A DNA stretch of 63,056 nucleotides, filler included, from Thelocarpon superellum (lineage: Eukaryota): the NCBI GenBank assembly GCA_026025795.1. It is 7 parts of 7 records of this genome, joined end to end, with 100 filler letters (N's around TTAATTAATTAA, not from the genome) between each part and the next. Parts side by side here need not be neighbours in the genome. Positions count along the whole stretch, not along the records: positions 1 to 8,959 come from JAPEUG010000582.1; positions 9,060 to 18,009 come from JAPEUG010000583.1; 5 more parts are not named here. The stretch is one strand, 5' to 3'. The stretch's first letter is position 1; every line of letters begins with the position of its first letter. Under the pieces are notes generated by a model. The model was not told where the DNA came from and did not search any database. It was given only the letters and a program-made list of their open reading frames with translations. The translations under genes were made by a program, and so were the position numbers. Below, piece after piece: positions 1 to 14,127 of the stretch.

Positions 1-1043
1 ATGCAAAATGCTTTCTACCAGGGTCAATATTCCAAGGTCGTCGACTTCGATGCGGCCTCGTTGTCCGCCGAAAATGCCCTTCCTGCCCGCATTCTGAGCT
101 TGAGGGCCAAGGTGGCCGCCGGTCACGCCAAGGAGGTCATCGGAGAGGTGACGGGAGAGGAGGATGTACCCGACCTAGCCGCCGTGAAGGCTTACGCCCA
201 ACATGCTACCGGGGACATTGCCAGTGCGACTCGCGCCATGGAGCAGCTCTCGGCGTCATCATCGGACAATGCGACCGTGCAAATACTAGGGGGCACGGTG
301 CTACAGGCGGAGGGCAAGAGCGAGGAGGCATTGGCCTTGTTGGGCAAACACCAAGGCAATCTCGAAGCGTACGTTTCGCCGTGCGTGGACCATGAATGGA
401 AGCATACTCACCCGGGATCATGCAGCGTGGCGTTGGTGGTGCAGATTCATCTGGAGCAAAACCGAACGGACCTGGCGCTGAAGGAGGTGTCGGCGGCGCG
501 GAGGTGGGCGCAGGACAGCATGCTCATCAACCTGGCGGAATCGTGGGTCGGTCTACGTGTGGTGAGTGCCGCTGCCACCTTCCCTTCCGCTCGGCCCCCC
601 AGTGAATGGCAGCTCACCCCACCTGGCACGATTAGGGTGGAGAGCGATACCAGCAGGCCTTTTACGTCTTTGAGGAACTAGCCCAGGCTGTGGCGACGAC
701 CTCCAATCGGACGCTCGTCGGGCAAGCCGTGGCGGAGTTGCACCTCGGCCGCTTGCCCGAGGCCGAGGCGGCGCTCCAGCAGGCTCTTGAACGCGAGCCC
801 AAGGACGCGGACGTCATTGCCAACTTGGTCGTGCTATCGGGGTGTGCGGGCAAGGATACAGATGAGCTGCTCTCGTAAGCCCCCTGCGCCCACAACCCAG
901 CTGCCACTCCTAGGACGGGGCTGACACCCGGCAGGTCGCTTCGCTCGGCGGCGTCAAGCCACTCCCTCCTGCGCGACGTGTCGGCGAAAAGCGGACACTT
1001 TGACACAGCGGCAGCCAAGTACTCCGCCAGGGTCACTGGATAA
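1..1043 (+). CDS. SEC28: Coatomer (COPI) epsilon subunit, probably missing a few N-terminal codons at the window/contig edge; 4 exons
   Basis: Recognised segments: NAFYQGQY..., ARRWAQDSMLINLAESWVGLRV|GGERYQQAFYVFEELAQ, GQAVAELHLGRLPEAEAAL, FDTAAAKYSARV*. GT-AG introns at 369-425, 562-635 and 875-934 restore the frame. Stop TAA at 1041-1043. Confidence 0.9.
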
Positions 1044-1889
1044 AGTGAGTAGAAGGGTCGCAATGGCATGGCTTTGGCGCGAGCATTGGGCTTGGTTGGT
1101 TCACGGACGTGTAGTAGCTCGTCTGCATGTCGGACAAGTACTTCACTATTCTCTACGGCCAGTAGCGCAGTAGAACGAGCAAGAAGATACATCGAGTGCA
1201 ATAGTAGCCCAGGGTAGCGGCCATGGTGGAGGGCACGCATGATGGGACCCCTGCACATCTGAGATAGTGAGCGTGACCACCTGTCCTCTGCCTCGTCGGC
1301 CACACATGCAAGGAGGGCAAGGAGGCAGCCGCTGTGTGCCGGAGCAGCGGGAGCACCGTGGGGCTCGATGGGCACTCCAACCGGGAGCCGGAGGACAGCT
1401 ATTCAGCTTACCCAGGTAGCTCTCTAGCTGCTCAAGATCCCTCGTCGGGGCCTCGGGCGTTCGATTAGGGCCCTCTCGCTTGGGCTATGTCAGCAGCCAA
1501 TGCTTAGAGAGCGTGAGTGCGTCCGAGTTCCTTCGGCGGCCAGGCGGGCAATAATGGCACCATCCGGGACGAGCTCGACCCAGCACGCGGCGAATGGACC
1601 GCCTGTGGCGCCCCTCCATCGACCTTGCGTCCACTACGACCTCACCTCTGCATTTCCCCAACCGCTCCCCCACCAACCTTGTGTTCGAGTCTCCTCCGTC
1701 CGTTTTTCCCCGTGGCTTCCTATGTATCGCCCATCAGTAACGGCGGTCTGGATGTAGCCCCTGCCCCCCCCCCCCCCCCCCCCCGCCATCCGTGAATGAG
1801 CTTTCTTTCCCGCGCCTTCTACTGCTTCCCCGTCTTCCTCTCCCGGCCCCGCCTCAATCCCGTCGACCCTATCGATCCATTCCACCAGA

Positions 1890-4800
1890 ATGGTCCGTAT
1901 ATCCCTACCCAATCGGCTCAAGAGCCACACCGAGAGCCCCAAGGTGGTCCTGAGCCGCGAGCCGAGTCGGACTTCGTCGCCGGTACGGGGACACTCGGAG
2001 CCGAAGCCGCAACACCAGCTCACGCTGAAGGTCTACGTCAATAAGGTGCGACGTGCCCCTCGTCGCTGCCTCTGCTTCCAGTGCTTACGAAGAGTCACCC
2101 AACAGGCTCGCAATCTAGCCGCCAAAGATAAGAATGGCACCAGCGATCCCGTTCGTTCAGGCCGCCGCTCCTAGCACCATCGTCATCCTACTGACCGAGA
2201 TGGCAGTTTTTGGTCGTCATGCTGGACGACGCCCGCTCCGTCACTCATGCCGTCAACAAGACCTTGAATCCGGACTGGAGCGTGTGTCTCGATTTCCCTC
2301 TGACCGGTGACCATAGCATGGTGTTGCAATGCGTGTGTTGGGACAAGGATCGCTTTGGAAAGGTGCGTCATCTGGCGCATCTGATGGAGTCTGACGGGGC
2401 TAACGGGCCTTCACGTACAGGACTATCTTGGCGAGTTTGACGTAAGCCTGGAGGACGTGTTCACGAATGGCCGAATCAATTCCGAGGTTAGCCATCTCGA
2501 TACGATGCATCATCGGCCCCATCTGCTCACTGCCCGACAGCCAATCTGGTATCCATTGAACTCGAGCCGAAAAGGAAGCAAGATCTCCGGCGAGGTCCAA
2601 TTACAATTCAGCCTGGTCGATCCGCATACTTCTCCCACCGCCCCCGAAGAGATTCTACACAAGTTTCGGGCGCTGTCCTTTAACGACGATGGGCTCGAGG
2701 GGGGCGAAAGGGCCGAGCACACCGGAACCGCCGATGAGGAGGACGACGAATATCCGGGGTTAGCAGACGAGAAAGATGGTCCGAACGAGGAAGATGACAC
2801 CCCTGAAGACATCTCAGACGAGGCCGATGATCCGACCAAGCCCGAGCTGGCCGAGAAGAAGCGACGACGACGTTTGCGTTTGGGCTTGGTGAAGCGGAAG
2901 AAGAAAGGAAGGGCCTATGAGTTCCTGGGCGACTCGGACGTGGTGGGTATCGTCTTTCTGGAGGTGAATAAGATCACCGATCTTCCACCCGAGCGGAATG
3001 TCACGCGAACCTCTTTTGACATGGATCCCTTTGTCGTTGCATCGTTGGGCAAGAAGACCTACAGGACTCGAGTGATCCGGCACAATCTCAACCCTGTCTT
3101 CGAGGAACGTATGATCTTCCAGGTCTTACGCCACGAGCAGTCATACTCGCTGAATTTCTCCGTCATCGACCGGGATAAGCTGTCGGGAAATGACTTTGTC
3201 GGCACTGCCAGCATCCCCCTCCAGGACGTGATTGCCCGCGCACCCGAAGCCGACTCCGACACGGGACTCTACCGTCTACGCGACCCCCCAAGCGCCTCGA
3301 ATTCAACCTTGTCGACGCAACGCTCGCGCTTCCGCCTCCCCATCTCGCGATCATCATCTGCCACGAGCTTAGCCAAGCTCACATCCCGACCGACCCTCAA
3401 ATCGCAGGACTCCACGTCGTCCTTGTCCAAGGCAAATTCCGTGCCCACCAGCGCCCCATCCACCGAGGGTTCAGGTCCCGCTCCACTCCCGGCCCCAGGC
3501 CCCAGCTCCGGGGCCCCACCTATCGTGCTTCCCGCCTTGACCCCGACCTTGACCCCCGCCTCCACGATCGTGGCCGCAGACGACAGCGACGGGTGCGACG
3601 CCGAGGCTGACCCGGAGCTCCGGCCCTATACGGTACCCGTAGCCCTCAAGAACAAGGATCGGTGGGAAAGCAAGCACAGCACCGAGCTCTTCGTGCGGGC
3701 CAAGTACGTGCCCTACCCGGCGCTGCGTCAGCAGTTCTGGCGTGCCATTTTGAAACAATATGACGCCGACGAGAGCGATCGCATCGGCAAAGTCGAACTC
3801 GCGACGATGCTCGACACCCTCGGCTCAACCCTCAAGGAGTCAACAATTGACGGCTTCTTCCAGCGCTTTGCACAGGAGAACGGCGCGCAGGACCCGAGCG
3901 CGCTTGAACTCACGTACGACCAAGTCGTCATCGCGCTCGAGGACCAACTCCTGCAAGGGAGCCGCGAGCGGTCGTGGACCGAGTCGCTGAAGAAGCATCT
4001 GTTTGTGACGGATGCGTCGCAGGCAACCCCCGACGAGGTCGCGGGCGCGCAGAACTCGTCGCGTACGACGCCTGGTTCGACGACGCCCGACCTCCTCTCC
4101 TCGCACACCTCCGTGCCCACCCTCACCCCCGAGGTGCTCGGGATCGCGGGCGAGGAAGGCGAAGCGCTGGGGCAGGACGACCTCTCGGACGAGAAGGGGG
4201 AGGAGCACGTGGTGGAGATTCGCGAATGTCCCATCTGCCATCAGCCGCGCATGAACAAGAAGTCGGATGCCGACATCATCACGCACATTGCCACGTGCGC
4301 CAGCCACGACTGGCGCCAGGTCAACAACATCGTCATGGCCGGCTTCGTGACGCCCAGCCAGGCCCAGCGCAAGTGGTACTCCAAGGTCATCACCAAGATC
4401 TCCTACGGCGGCTATCGACTGGGAGCGAACTCGGCCAACATCCTGGTGCAGGATCGGCTGACCGGGCAGATCAACGAGGAGCGCATGAGCGTGTACGTGC
4501 GCCTGGGCATCCGGCTGCTGTACAAGGGGCTCAAGAGTCGCGAGATGGAGAAGAAGCGAATCCGCAAGCTGCTGCGGTCGCTCAGCATCAAGCAAGGGCG
4601 CAAGTACGATGATCCTGCCTCGGCCCGGGAGATCCAGTCCTTCATCAACTTCCATCAGCTCAACATGTCCGAGGTCTTGCTGCCTCTCGAGGAGTTCAAG
4701 TCCTTCAACGAGTTCTTCTACCGTGCCTTGAAGCCGACGGCGCGACCCTGCTCCGCCCCCGACAATCCGCGCATTATAGTCTCGCCGGCCGACTGCCGTA

Positions 4801-5593
4801 GCGTCGTCTTCAACACCCTGACTGACGCCACGGCCATCTGGGTCAAGGGGCGCGAGTTCTCCGTCGCCCGGCTACTCGGCAACACGTATCCGAATGACGT
4901 GAAGCGATACGCCAACGGCGGGCTGGGCATCTTCCGCCTCGCGCCACAGGATTACCACCGCTTCCACGTGCCGGTGGATGGGGTGCTCGATGAGCCCAAG
5001 GTCATCCACGGCGAGTACTACACCGTCAACCCCATGGCCATCCGATCGGCCTTGGATGTCTACGGCGAGAACGTGCGGGTCGTGGTGCCCATCGACTCTG
5101 TCGCGCACGGTCGCGTCATGGTCATCTGCGTCGGCGCCATGATGGTGGGGAGCACGGTGATCACCGCCCAGGCTGGTCAGCAGGTGCGACGCGCGGAAGA
5201 GCTCGGGTACTTCAAGTTTGGTGAGAGTGCCACCCGAGGCCACGGCCGCCCAGCTCGGCTGACCATGTGTAGGCGGGAGCACGATCTTGCTGCTCTTCGA
5301 ACCGGGCGCTATGAAGTTCGATGAGGATCTCGTGGATAACTCGAGTGGCGCCTTGGAGACCCTAGTACGTACCGCTCCCGGCGGGGACGCAGCCATCCTC
5401 GCTAATCGCTGACATGACTCAGATCCGGGTGGGCATGTCCATCGGCCACCACCCGGAGCAGGCCTCCTACACGCCCGACATGAAGAAGGAACACGTAACG
5501 ACCGAGGAGAAGGAGGACGCCAAGCGACGCATCGAAGGAAGTCTGGCACCGGTGCCAACCGACAACAATGAGGGATCGTCGACCTCCTCCTGA
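1890..5593 (+). CDS. PSD2: Phosphatidylserine decarboxylase proenzyme 2 (two C2 domains, EF-hand-like region, PSD catalytic domain)
   Basis: C2 motifs ([29 protein letters not shown]), [29 protein letters not shown]. The autocleavage motif FKFG|GST is formed across intron 5221-5272. Other introns: 2046-2105, 2151-2206, 2363-2420, 2487-2540, 5365-5422. Stop TGA at 5591-5593. Confidence 0.95.
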
Positions 5594-6095
5594 ACCTGAA
5601 GCCGCACTGGGGAAGAGGAATTGGGTAGATACGGCTGGCAGGGGTGGGAGGGCGACGTTGGTTGTGAATAGAACGAACGGGGTCAAGGAACGGGCAACGA
5701 ATGTATGACGGATGGGATCTATCGGGCTTTCGGCCATCGATGGGGCAGGGCGGGCCGGGAACGTGACCGTCACGATGTGCTTTACAATCGCGTTTCCTCC
5801 AGCGTCGGCGGATCGTGATGTCGTGGTGTGGTAGTAAGCTCGGACCGAAGACGGTTAGCGCGGGACCCGAGCACTGTAGATGTTGATTAGTCATCCGACG
5901 CGTCCGACCAAAACACTGCCATGCCCATGGCATCGCTCCTTCCCCAATCTGCCCTGCCTCTCCGTCGACCCTCAATCGAGGGCTGATTCGCGTGTGCACT
6001 GCTGCGCCGTCAAACGCAACACGATCGCAGACATCACCCCATTGCGCATCCTCTCCGGCGTCATCCCTGGTCCCGGTGCCGGCCCCGCTGCGTCA

Positions 6096-7900
6096 ATGAC
6101 CTCCGTCGGCCCGCGCTTTCCCCTCCAGACCCTCGCCATGTCCTCGAACCAACGGCCGCCGAAACGAAGAAGCCTGCGGTTGGAACATGCGAGCGATGGC
6201 CTGGAGAAGGGGGCGAAGGACGTCGACTTTCCCCAGGCCAAGCGCGCCAGGCGGGACGACGGGCGAGTGGCCAGCAGCCGCGAGGTCGGAGGCCTTCCAA
6301 TGGGAAAGCCAGCGCAGAAAGCGAGTGAGTGGGCGGACGGTCGCGGGCGGCCGGTGGGAGGATCTCCGCGACTGACGGAATCCGCAGCATATGACGAGGA
6401 GGACGACGACGGCTTTACCTTTACACGCACACGAGCCAAGAAGCCCAAGGTTTTGGCTGATCCACCAGCGCCGGCACCCGAGTCAAGACGAGTCGAGACC
6501 ACCACAAGCCGGCGAAAGAAGTCGTTTTCCACCCCAATAGCCACGGAAAAGCAGGCTCCGGTCCCTCCGAAAAGGTCAACGCGGAACTCGGGTGGTGAGA
6601 CGCGAGAGGACCACCCACGACGAACTGAGGCAACGACATCACGGGCGAAGCCTCCAGATGATGAGGGGGACAGTGTGGTACTGGTCGCGCAGGATTCGGA
6701 GCCCCACCGGACGCGGAAAGAGGTGGTCAAAGAAAGCACCAGAGACGCGGCCAAGGAGAGTACCAGGGATACCACCAAGATCGCATTGCCCTTCTCGGAT
6801 ACGCCCATCATCAAGCGCAACAAGGAGTTTCGCCAACATGGAAGCGCAAGTCGACGAAGTAGCCTGGGTTTACGTGGGAGGCGAGCGAGTTCCCTCATCG
6901 ACAGTGGTTCCAGCGGTGAGTTGAGATGGTCATGCAGGCCGGAGGAGGGGCGACGCTGACCCGTTTCAGCACTACCACATGGCGAGGTTCAAGTGGCCGA
7001 TTTTTACAGACACATCGCCGGAGATACCTTCCCCGAGCCCCGCCGTATGAAACAGCTGCTCACCTGGTGTGGCACACGGGCCTTGGGAGAGAAGCCCCTG
7101 TACTCCTCTGAAGATGGCAATGCTCGATTAGCAGGTGAGTTGTAATCTGGCGGCCAAACCGATCGCCTGTTGACATCTCCGCAGCACGAGTCATCCAGGA
7201 AGAGCTCTTACGGGACTTTTCGAACCGATCAGAGATGTCGGACTGGTTCAGCAGGGTGCGTCATGGTCATGGGAGACGGAGGCAATCAGGGCTCAGCCAA
7301 CTGACAAGCAAACAGGAGGACACGGCTCCCGCTGTGGTGGTAAAGAAGCCCAATCCGCGGAATGTGGCCAATGTAGCCAAGATCCAGGAACTCGAAAAGC
7401 AATTGCAAAGGTTGGTGATGACCGACATTGAGACTCTGCCTCCTCGGCTCATACTCTGTAGGCTTCAAGAGGAGAATGACGCATGGCAAGACCTTCTGAA
7501 ACCGAACACCACCCCCTCACAGCCGCCGCCGATGATGCCCGCCTCATCAACAAATAGCGAGCCTGCCTCCCTCGGTCCAATCGACACGACGCTCCTCTCA
7601 ACAGAACAACAAGCGATCCTCTCAGGTCTACAAGGCCTCCCGCGTCTCTACTCGGAGACGTCATCTCACCTCCACGCTCTCTCCTCGAGCCTCGAATTCC
7701 GCGTCGACCGCTTTGCGGACGGCGTGCACCATCTCAACCAGTACCAGCACTCGGCCGAGCGGTTGGCCGAGAGAATTCTGGGCTCCGCCGCCACGCGCCT
7801 ACATCTACGTGACCAGGGACGTAAGGAGAAGGCTGGCACGCGAGACCTGCCGACTCAGGAGGTCTTGCGGGCCTTGGCGGCGGCAGAGTCCAAAAAGTAA
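6096..7900 (+). CDS. DSN1: Kinetochore MIND/Mis12 complex subunit Dsn1/Mis13
   Basis: IALPFSDTPIIKRNKE, RRSSLGLRGRRASSL, LPHGEVQVADFYRHIA, PEPRRMKQLLTWCGTRAL, SDWFSR, KKPNPRN. Introns at 6325-6387, 6916-6969, 7135-7184, 7256-7315 and 7411-7461. Confidence 0.85.
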
Positions 7901-8959
7901 GCATGGAGGGCAGCGGTCTATCTTTGTCTCTTTGGGTCCGGGGCGTTGGGATTGAGATGAGCGGGAACGACGTGAATGTCCTGCGGAGGCCAAGCTGTCT
8001 TCTTGTTCCTGTCACCGGTCTTCATTGTCGATGGCTCCCCCTCCCAATGGATCCAGTCCGATTTGACCGTCTCGTTCCGTTGAGTCTTCTCGCATAGGGA
8101 GCAAACGATCAATTGGATATCAACTGCCACTGCCACTAGGGCAGAGCAGGGCAGAACAAGGGTGAACGGCGTACGGGCCGGAGAAAACCCCCTGGCGGCG
8201 TCCTCCTTGATTACCCAGATCGCGGTGAATTGGCTCTTCCCCGTTGTGAATGTGCCTACCCGTCCTACCGGAAACAAAACGACAGGCCCGCAGAAACTGC
8301 GGGTCGGGCTTCCACCCGGGCTTGTTGAAACACTTCCTCGCGGTGGTAGGTGGACATGGTCGCGGTTGCTCGAACTCAGAGCTGCCTCTCCCCTCTCCCC
8401 TCTCCCCTCTCCCCTCTCCCCCTCTTCTTTCCTCACTCGCCCCACCTATAGCCGCCGTTCGTTACGAGATCCTCGACCGGCATGCGTCTCATCCCCGCGC
8501 TCAGCCCCCTCTCTTCTTTTTTCGTCGGACTCCACTACCACACATCCCAGTCAGCCGCGGAAAAGCGACGGCGGCTTCGAGAGCGACACCTTGGTGGGTT
8601 GGGGGGAAGGGAAGGGCAGGTCAGTCCGCTATTCGTCACGTCGCTCCGACCGCGCTATCCCCGACCATCGCCACTTCCTCGACCACCGCAATCCCGGCCA
8701 CGCATCTGCCACGTCTGACCGCCGATGACGCACCTCCCGGGCATCGGGTTCGTGGACGCCCCGGCTAGCTGGGACTCACATGTCTTCCATCTCAATTTAT
8801 GCAAGGCACTGTCAGCAGCCGCAGCGGTAGCTGCAGCTACAGCGGCAGCGTGGCAGGGAAGTAATTCTCCGTCCAAAGTGATTCTCCTTCGCCTGGTCGG
8901 CTTGGCTAGCGGTTGATGGAGGGAGTTGAGGGGAACGGGGGGGGGGGGGGGGGGGGGGG

Positions 8960-9059
8960 NNNNNNNNNNNNNNNNNNNNNNNNNNNNNNNNNNNNNNNNN
9001 NNNTTAATTAATTAANNNNNNNNNNNNNNNNNNNNNNNNNNNNNNNNNNNNNNNNNNNN
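8960..9059. other. Artificial contig spacer (N44-TTAATTAATTAA-N44)
   Basis: 100-nt N block with a central 12-mer that gives stop codons in all six frames; identical at all six gaps. Confidence 0.98.
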
Positions 9060-9525
9060 GGCTGCGACTCGATTACGGGCGTCGGATGGGGTCACGCGTG
9101 TGCGAAGAAACATACTTGGTACTTGGTACTCCTGGTGGCAGCGACTCAGAACCATCGTCCTAGTCAGGATGAGAGCCGCGACAGGCAACCACGCTTGGTG
9201 TCAGGCGACTAGGACCGGACCAATATCCTGAGTTATGATGTAAGCCCTACGGCTCCCTCAAGTCATGTCGACCATGCGGGTCCCTCATCAGAGTGATTCA
9301 TCACAGATCCTTCTGCGATGTCCGACTCGGGCCAATGGCACGTGACTTTCTCGCCCAGCTTCGCCTTGCTTGGTTACGAAGGCCCGGAGGCCCGGAGCCA
9401 GACCCTGTCAAATGCATCCAGCACCCGCTGGACTTCCCTTACGCCGTATCCTCATCGCTTCCCTCCAAGTCCAATCGCACCGTCAGATGGTCAGACCGTC
9501 AGATGGTCAGGTGGTCAAGTCGCCA

Positions 9526-12500
9526 TCACGCACCCCCACCCGGTAACTTGAGCTTGATGGTGAGCTTCCGCTCCGCCCCCTCGGCCTGTTTGGGCGGCGG
9601 CGGCGGCGGAGATACTGCGCTCTGGGCCGGCGGCTTTTCATTTCCCTTCTCGGCCATCTTCTTCTTGAAGATCAACTTCGGTCCCGTGCTCGCGAGCGGT
9701 GTCGAAGCGGATGCCGAGCTCTTGGCCTTGGCTTCGGACACGGGATCCGGTGCCAACGGCTTGATCCGTACGCTGCCCGTCTTGGTGAAGTGAAGTAGCC
9801 CCTATCGAGTCTCAGCCCATGCTTTCCTCCACACTCCCACCGACCCCTCCTCACCTTGTCGTTCGTCACCCGCCAATACCGAGGATACTTCATCACCACC
9901 AACATCGACGTCTCGGGTTTGTAGAGGAGGCCGCAGATCTCCAGCAGATCCCGCATCTCCCACAGCCCGATGTTGGGCGAGCTGTCTTGGTCAGTAGGGT
10001 GGACCAGCCTCACATATCTCACTTACGTCGTGGCCGCCCACAATCCCCTGGCCAGTCCCTCGTCGTCTTCGACCAGCTTCTGCAGCGCCGCCACGGCCCC
10101 GGGCACCGTCTGCGTCCGCGAGAGATCCGCCTGTCGTGCTGCCGTCGCCGACGCGTCTTGCTCGATGATCAGCCCGTCTTGTCTCGCTTCCGTCGGCTCC
10201 GCGCCCTCCGTCATGCCGCGACCCAGCGCGATCGCCGCGATGCCCTGCGTCAAGACCTGGCGCAGCTGCCCTCGAATCCATGGCGACGGGTCGGCATGCA
10301 GGACGGTGAGAAAGTACTTGGCAAAGGCCGGGTTCGTCAACAGCCCCAGGCGGACGAGGATGGCAAAGGCTTCCGCCCGGAGCAGCTCATACCCCCCGTC
10401 GCGCGTGTACTGGAAGAATGGGAGGGCGTCCAGCGAAATGACCTTGGCCTGCATCAGTCGCTCCTTACATCGGAGCGCCGTGACGGAGTAGAGGTTGTGA
10501 TACGACCCGATCCACTCGTCCATGCGGCTATATCGCTCCATCTCCTCCATGGCCATGTGCAGGAAGCGCTCGTGCTCCTCCTTCTCCTCCTCCTCGTCTT
10601 CGTCCGTGCTGAATGCCAAGCCGTCGAGACCGCCTCTCGTGATGAGAGCCTCCGACAGCGCCGTCATCAGGCCCGCCACGTAGTGGCAATCCGAGTACTG
10701 CCTCGTCAGCGTCCGGCCCCGCCCCGACTCCCCCCCCTGCTTGCTTACCTCGTTTCCCGCGTTGTCGTTGAACTTGAGCTTCTCGTACACGAACCGCTTG
10801 GCGCGGATCGGCGCCTTGCCGTGGTGGTCGCGGATCTTGGCCATGGCCTGGGGGATGGCGCATTGGATGTAGTAGGCCGCCCGGTCGGAGAAGTCGTTGG
10901 GCCGCGTCAGGGGCGTGTTCGGGTAGCAGAAGCATTCCTGAAAGGCCCGCTCGAGATGATACAGCCCGAGCCAGTCGAGCTCCGCCGTCGCCGTCTTGGC
11001 CAGCGCCAAGGCGGCGGCCGTGCGGATGCCGTGAAAGTACCGCCGATCCATCAAGGTGCGCACCAGGATGGTCGAGACCAGCGGCGTCTCGCGCTGCGTC
11101 GCAATATACTGCACCGACTGCGCCGTCGCGCCATCAGCGAGCGTCGCCGTGCCTGTCGGGTGACCCACCGACTCACCTCGTATTGCGCCACCACGTCGCG
11201 GTCCTGCTGCAGCTGCGACAGGTACATGTACCCCGGCATGCCCAAGGACGTCTTGCAGATCCACTCGAAATCTGCGTCCATGCGGATCCACTCGTACGAC
11301 TCTTGGCTCATCTTCTCCTCGTCGTCCTTGGACCAGTCCGCCAGCCGCCACTCCGCCATCTCCTCGTCCGACTGCAGCACGTCGCCCAGACAATACAGCA
11401 ACGCATCCTCCGGCGCATCGAGCGTCGCCTCCAGCCCGGGGTTGGCCACGGCCCGCTCCTTCTGTCGTCGACTCCGTTTCAACCGCTTGTACTTGGTGTT
11501 GTAGGGGATCTCGAACTTGGTGTTGTTGTCCTTGATCTCGACAATGTGCTCGTAGGGCGTGCCATCGGCCTCGTGGATCCGGATCGTCATGGGTCCGGTG
11601 AAGGCCCGCTGCACCTCGGGCGCCTCGACGTCCTGGGCCTGTTCCCGCACGTCGCGCATGAACGTGTCCACCGCGAGATCTTGGCTCACCACCCGGTCGC
11701 CTTGCACCTGCCGGATGAGCATCTCCACCACCAGCTTCTTCTTGTTGAAGCGTTGCGTCACGAGAAAACGGGGACAGCCCGCCCCAAACACCCACTGGTC
11801 GAAGAAGGCGTCCAGCTTGGTGTGGCCCAGCTTCTCACACGTGCGCAGGAAGTGCGCCGTCGTCAGCGCCCCGTTCGGCAGCTCGCCCACCTTGGCGTTC
11901 AGGAAGATGCGCGAGATGATCCGGGGCAGGCCCGACGACCCACTCGCCTTGGCCAGCCGCCGGTCAAGGATGAACAAGACCACCGGCGCCTTGAGCGACA
12001 GGAAGTGCCCCTCGGCCGGATCGAGCGCCCGCAGGCCGCCCAGGGCATGGATCGACGGCCGCCCCACATCGAGCTCGCAGATGCGATCGGCCAGCGTCTT
12101 CTGCCGGAAGCGATACTCGTTGTTCCCACACAGCTTCTTCATGAACAGGTCCGTGACGAAGTGCGCGACGCCCACCACCACCCATGCGTCCGTCGGCTCG
12201 GCCGGGATGATGTTGATGCCGCTCCACTGGCTCGCCAAGGAGTACACCACCTTGCGCGTCACCTCGTCCAGCGGCTCCACGATCTCGTCGGGGAACAGCA
12301 GCCGGTTGCTACAGAGCGAGAGCGCGGCCGTCTCGACCGTGTCCTCGATCAGATCGTCGACAAAGCAGACGTTGTAGTTGGTAAAGGGATAGGAGCCGTA
12401 GGTCAGGGTGAAGTGGTCGATGGCCTGGGCGCGTCAGCCGTGCTTCACCTCCCCTCGCGGCCCACTGGGGACTCTTACCTTGGCCATGGGCATACAGGTG

Positions 12501-13540
12501 CTTTGGACCTGCGCACTCCGCCCAGGCAAACAGTACCCGTGCACCTGGATGGCGTTGGTCCCGAGCTTGTCGTCCTCATCCGTCTCTCGGAAATCCGACA
12601 GCGCCACGTGCTCAAAGGGCCCGACGGCGAAGCCCACGTGCGGTGGCGCGACGGCGGTGGCGCACAGGAATGACACCGTCTTCTTGCCGGGATCGTCGGG
12701 GTCGACCACCTCGTCCGTCAGCTCCCCCGTGCACACGACCGTCATCTCCATCGCGCCCTCGTCGTCCGTCCGTGCCACCTCCCCGCCGTCGTCGTGCCCG
12801 GCCTTGACCCCGTTCTCTCGTCCGTGGCGGCGTCGCGTCGCCTCTCCCAGGGAGCGCGGACACGTGATGCTGATCTCCCACGTACATCGTGCCCCGGGCT
12901 GGTCCACGCACGGGAAGATGCTGCAGGCGGCGCCGGGTCGGGTGGTATTGCTGGTGAAGACGTGCGGGTAGCGTCGATCTCCCTCCTCCCACCCCACAAA
13001 CTGTAAACCGTCGCGGAGGTGATCGATGCGAAACTCGATGATCATCGTGAGGGGCACGTATCGCGATCCCGGGTCCTCGGCCGATTTGATCGCCGACCCG
13101 GGCGTGACATGGCCCGTCTCGGCCGCGTCATGCTTGGCCAGGACGGAGATCTTGGGCTCCCACGCCTCTTCGATCGTTAGGGTCTTGGGGAGATGGATGA
13201 TCAGCTCCTCCTCCGGCGGCTCCTTGAGCTGAGGGAGCAGCTTCTGCCGGAGTTGGTGGTGCTGGTGGGCTGTGGCGGCGCTGTGAATGTGGAAGCGTCC
13301 GTAGGGCTCGTCGTACTTGACCACGGCGCCCTTGCTGTTGACGTTCAGCCGGGTCAGGATGCTCTGGCGACAGTTGAGCCGGATGACCTTGAGGTCCTTG
13401 GTGTGGGGGAGGATGGTGATCTCGGTCCGGCCCTTGACCGTGCGGGTGGCAAAATCGATGTCGAGCTTCACCTTCTGATGCGAGACGGAGAAGGTGGGCG
13501 CGGCGGCCGGCGGCGGCGGGAGCTCGGTGATGGCCACCAT
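9526..13540 (-). CDS. TAF2: TFIID subunit Taf2 (aminopeptidase-like fold)
   Basis: HQKVKLDIDF..GRTEITI, FPCVD..RCTWEI, VGFAVGPFE, LKAPVVLFILDRRL, GPMTIRIHEADGTPYEH, EWIRMDADFEWI, QLQQDRDVVAQYE. Introns at 12425-12478, 11118-11176, 10698-10748, 9982-10026 and 9802-9854. Confidence 0.95.
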
Positions 13541-13888
13541 CGTCGACCGTTATCGCCCAGGCCCTGCCGCTGATGTATTCTCGCGCTTCATCTCCCGTCT
13601 TTCCACTCTTGGCTTTCTCTGCTCTCTGAGCTCCCTAAGCTCTGTGCTCTCTTTGCTCTCTTTGCTCTCCTCTTTGCTCTCGCTCTCGTGGGGGCAACCA
13701 GCTGCGTTCATTCAACGCTCCGTCACGTCTGGGCCCCCAGGCACGAAATTGGTACGACTGAGTGGACCACGCTCATGCCACTCCGTCGTGCGCTAGTTTT
13801 CGAGAGTGAGGGTCATTACGCAGGGTGTCGTCGTGCTGTGTTGATTGTCTCGATGGCGCTGCGGTGACAGCTCCTCTGCTCGAGATTT

Positions 13889-13898
13889 GTCACGTGAC
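13889..13898. promoter_or_regulatory. Palindromic E-box/CDEI-like GTCACGTGAC upstream of TAF2 (possible Cbf1-type bHLH site)
   Basis: Perfect 10-bp palindrome about 350 nt upstream of the TAF2 start; function inferred from the consensus only. Confidence 0.35.
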
Positions 13899-14127
13899 CA
13901 ACCCGTCTCGCGTCACGCGTCGAGCGTCGAGCGTCGAGCGTCGAGCGCCGACCATTCACGCTGCTCGCATCGTCGTGCGTCGGCACGCTCGTCGAGGCAC
14001 CTCCTACGCATCTCACTTGCTTCCGATGTGGCACGTCCCCTACACTGGAGTTGCTTGCTTTCATCTAAATCATGTTCTACCCCTCTAGCCTCTTCGCATC
14101 CTCATCGTCACACCCAATGAAGCACTT

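Noticed and set aside
9004..9015. TTAATTAATTAA recurring about every 9 kb as a biological periodic motif or TTAA target site
   Set aside because: It is always centred in exactly 44+44 N, so it is an assembly linker.
9819..12673. Long + strand ORFs (561 and 496 aa), and similar ones opposite PSD2, FHL1, RSC8 and TSC1
   Set aside because: These are antisense shadows of conserved GC-rich genes, with no recognisable motifs.
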